64,000 nt of DNA from Podarcis cretensis (lineage: Eukaryota): NCBI GenBank assembly GCA_951804945.1, contig OX638162.1, positions 34,782,001 to 34,846,000 of the forward strand, read 5' to 3'. Made by a program: the position numbers and the translations under genes. The notes beneath the pieces are model-generated. The model worked only from the letters and a program-made list of their open reading frames with translations. It ran no database searches and had not been told where the DNA came from. Below, one piece after another: positions 62,744 through 64,000 of the stretch. The stretch's first letter is position 1; the number at the start of each line of letters is the position of its first letter.

Positions 62744-63405
62744 CAGTGTCCATTTTGGAAAGATAGAAGATGCATTGTTGTTGGGGAAATGAGAGTTGTC
62801 TGTCATCATTTCTGTAATTCATTTGAATGGCCCAATACTTAAATGGGGGGCAGGGGGTGGGCAAAGAGGCTTGATTAAGCTACAAAGCAAATGGTATAAC
62901 AATAAATTTTGTAGCACTCATTACCATATTTGAGACTTTTGCTATTAGCATTGTTCACATCTTCACAGGAGTTCCCTGCAGTCTCTGAAACTTAAGTCAA
63001 GTGGCAAAGTTCTGAATCAGGGGTGGTGGGAACTCAGACCCAGTCCCCAAATGCAGCTCTCTAGGCCTGCTGGGGATGTTCCCTAGGCTATGCCCCATTC
63101 CCAGATCACATCTCTCACTGGCCCTGCCCTGTTTCCTCCTTGATTACTTTTGTCAGGCTGGAATATCTTATTGAACTTGGATAATGCTTCTTGCAACGTG
63201 TTCATGTGTAGAAAACTATTATTTTTTTTGTTCAGCTGGAAAGCAAGCTTTTGTAAAAGAGGAAGAATCCTCCATTCTCCTGGCCTTATCCTCCTTTTGC
63301 ATCTGTCCCCACCCATTACTTCTTCACAAAGGGAATATAGCCCTCAGGCTGTAAAATAGTCTCAATCCCTGGTCTAAATTGTTTCCAGAAATCTAGAAGC
63401 AGAAT

Positions 63406-63769
63406 AAAGGTAAAGGTAAAGGTACCCCTGCCCGTACGGGCCAGTCTTGACAGACTCTGGGGTTGTGCGCCCATCTCACTTAAGAGGCCAGGGGCCAGCG
63501 CTGTCCGGAGACACTTCTGGGTCACGTGGCCAGCGTGACATCGCTGCTCTGGCGAGCCAGAGCCGCACACGGAAACGCCGTTTACCTTCCTGCTGGTAAG
63601 CGGTCCCTATTTATCTACTTGCACCCGGAGGTGCTTTCGAACTGCTAGGTTGGCAGGCGCTGGGACCGAGCAGCGGGAGCGCACCCCGCCGCAGGGATTC
63701 GAACCACCGACCTTTCGATCGGTAAGTCCTAGGCGCTGAGGCTTTAACCCACAGCGCCACCTGCGTCCC
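63406..63769 (-). mobile_element. Sauria SINE, distinct CpG-rich subfamily
   Basis: The 3' part differs from other copies (GGTACCCCTGCCCGTACGGGCCAGTC). TSD TAGAAGCAGAAT lies at 63394-63405 and 63770-63781. Confidence 0.92.
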
Positions 63770-64000
63770 TAGAAGCAGAATGGACCCCCCCAAAAGGGGT
63801 TTTCGACTCCCCCAGAGAGGACCCCCCCCTCTCTATATATAATACAGTGCTCCTTTTGTGGTAACTGGGTTGAGTTCACACATCCTGACTTGAAAAACAA
63901 AACAAAGAAGATCCTGTTATGCTGAAGTGGGCTACTGCGAGTTTCTGTAAAACAGATTTTCTTTCTGCCAAGAGCCCAGGGATTCTGGTTATTGAAAGGC

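Overview
This is vertebrate DNA, almost certainly from a squamate and most likely a lacertid lizard. The evidence is eight Sauria-SINE (POM/Squam1-type) copies with (ACCTTT)n tails, plus BovB, CR1, L2 and L1 fragments. The window is essentially non-coding. The only host coding feature I can support is a 99-nt minus-strand exon (5844-5942; MQHPLTGTTCVALPNVGMCPQLSCALTFMYLQQ, then a perfect CAG|GTAAGT phase-0 donor). From memory it matches an alternative N-terminal exon of the splicing factor RBFOX1; this is unverified. It sits in a TE-poor, microsatellite-rich block (about 2.9-9.8 kb) that looks like a promoter region. The rest is intron or upstream DNA packed with transposable elements, many with readable termini and target-site duplications (TSDs). 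The most notable is a Chapaev3 (CMC superfamily, RAG1/Transib-related) DNA transposon at 36050-38274. It has both termini, a 3-bp TSD and an uninterrupted 331-aa catalytic ORF, but the N-terminus is deleted, there is one frameshift, and a Tc1/mariner-type MITE is nested inside it. Also present are a solo LTR and a SINE nested in one CR1, an 80-bp palindromic mariner MITE, several hAT MITEs with 8-bp TSDs, a 5'-truncated L1 with a 17-bp TSD, a 5' U2 snRNA fragment and several candidate conserved non-coding elements. I found no convincing evidence of a wholly new biological system. Family names are pattern recognition without database searches, and boundaries of old repeats are approximate.
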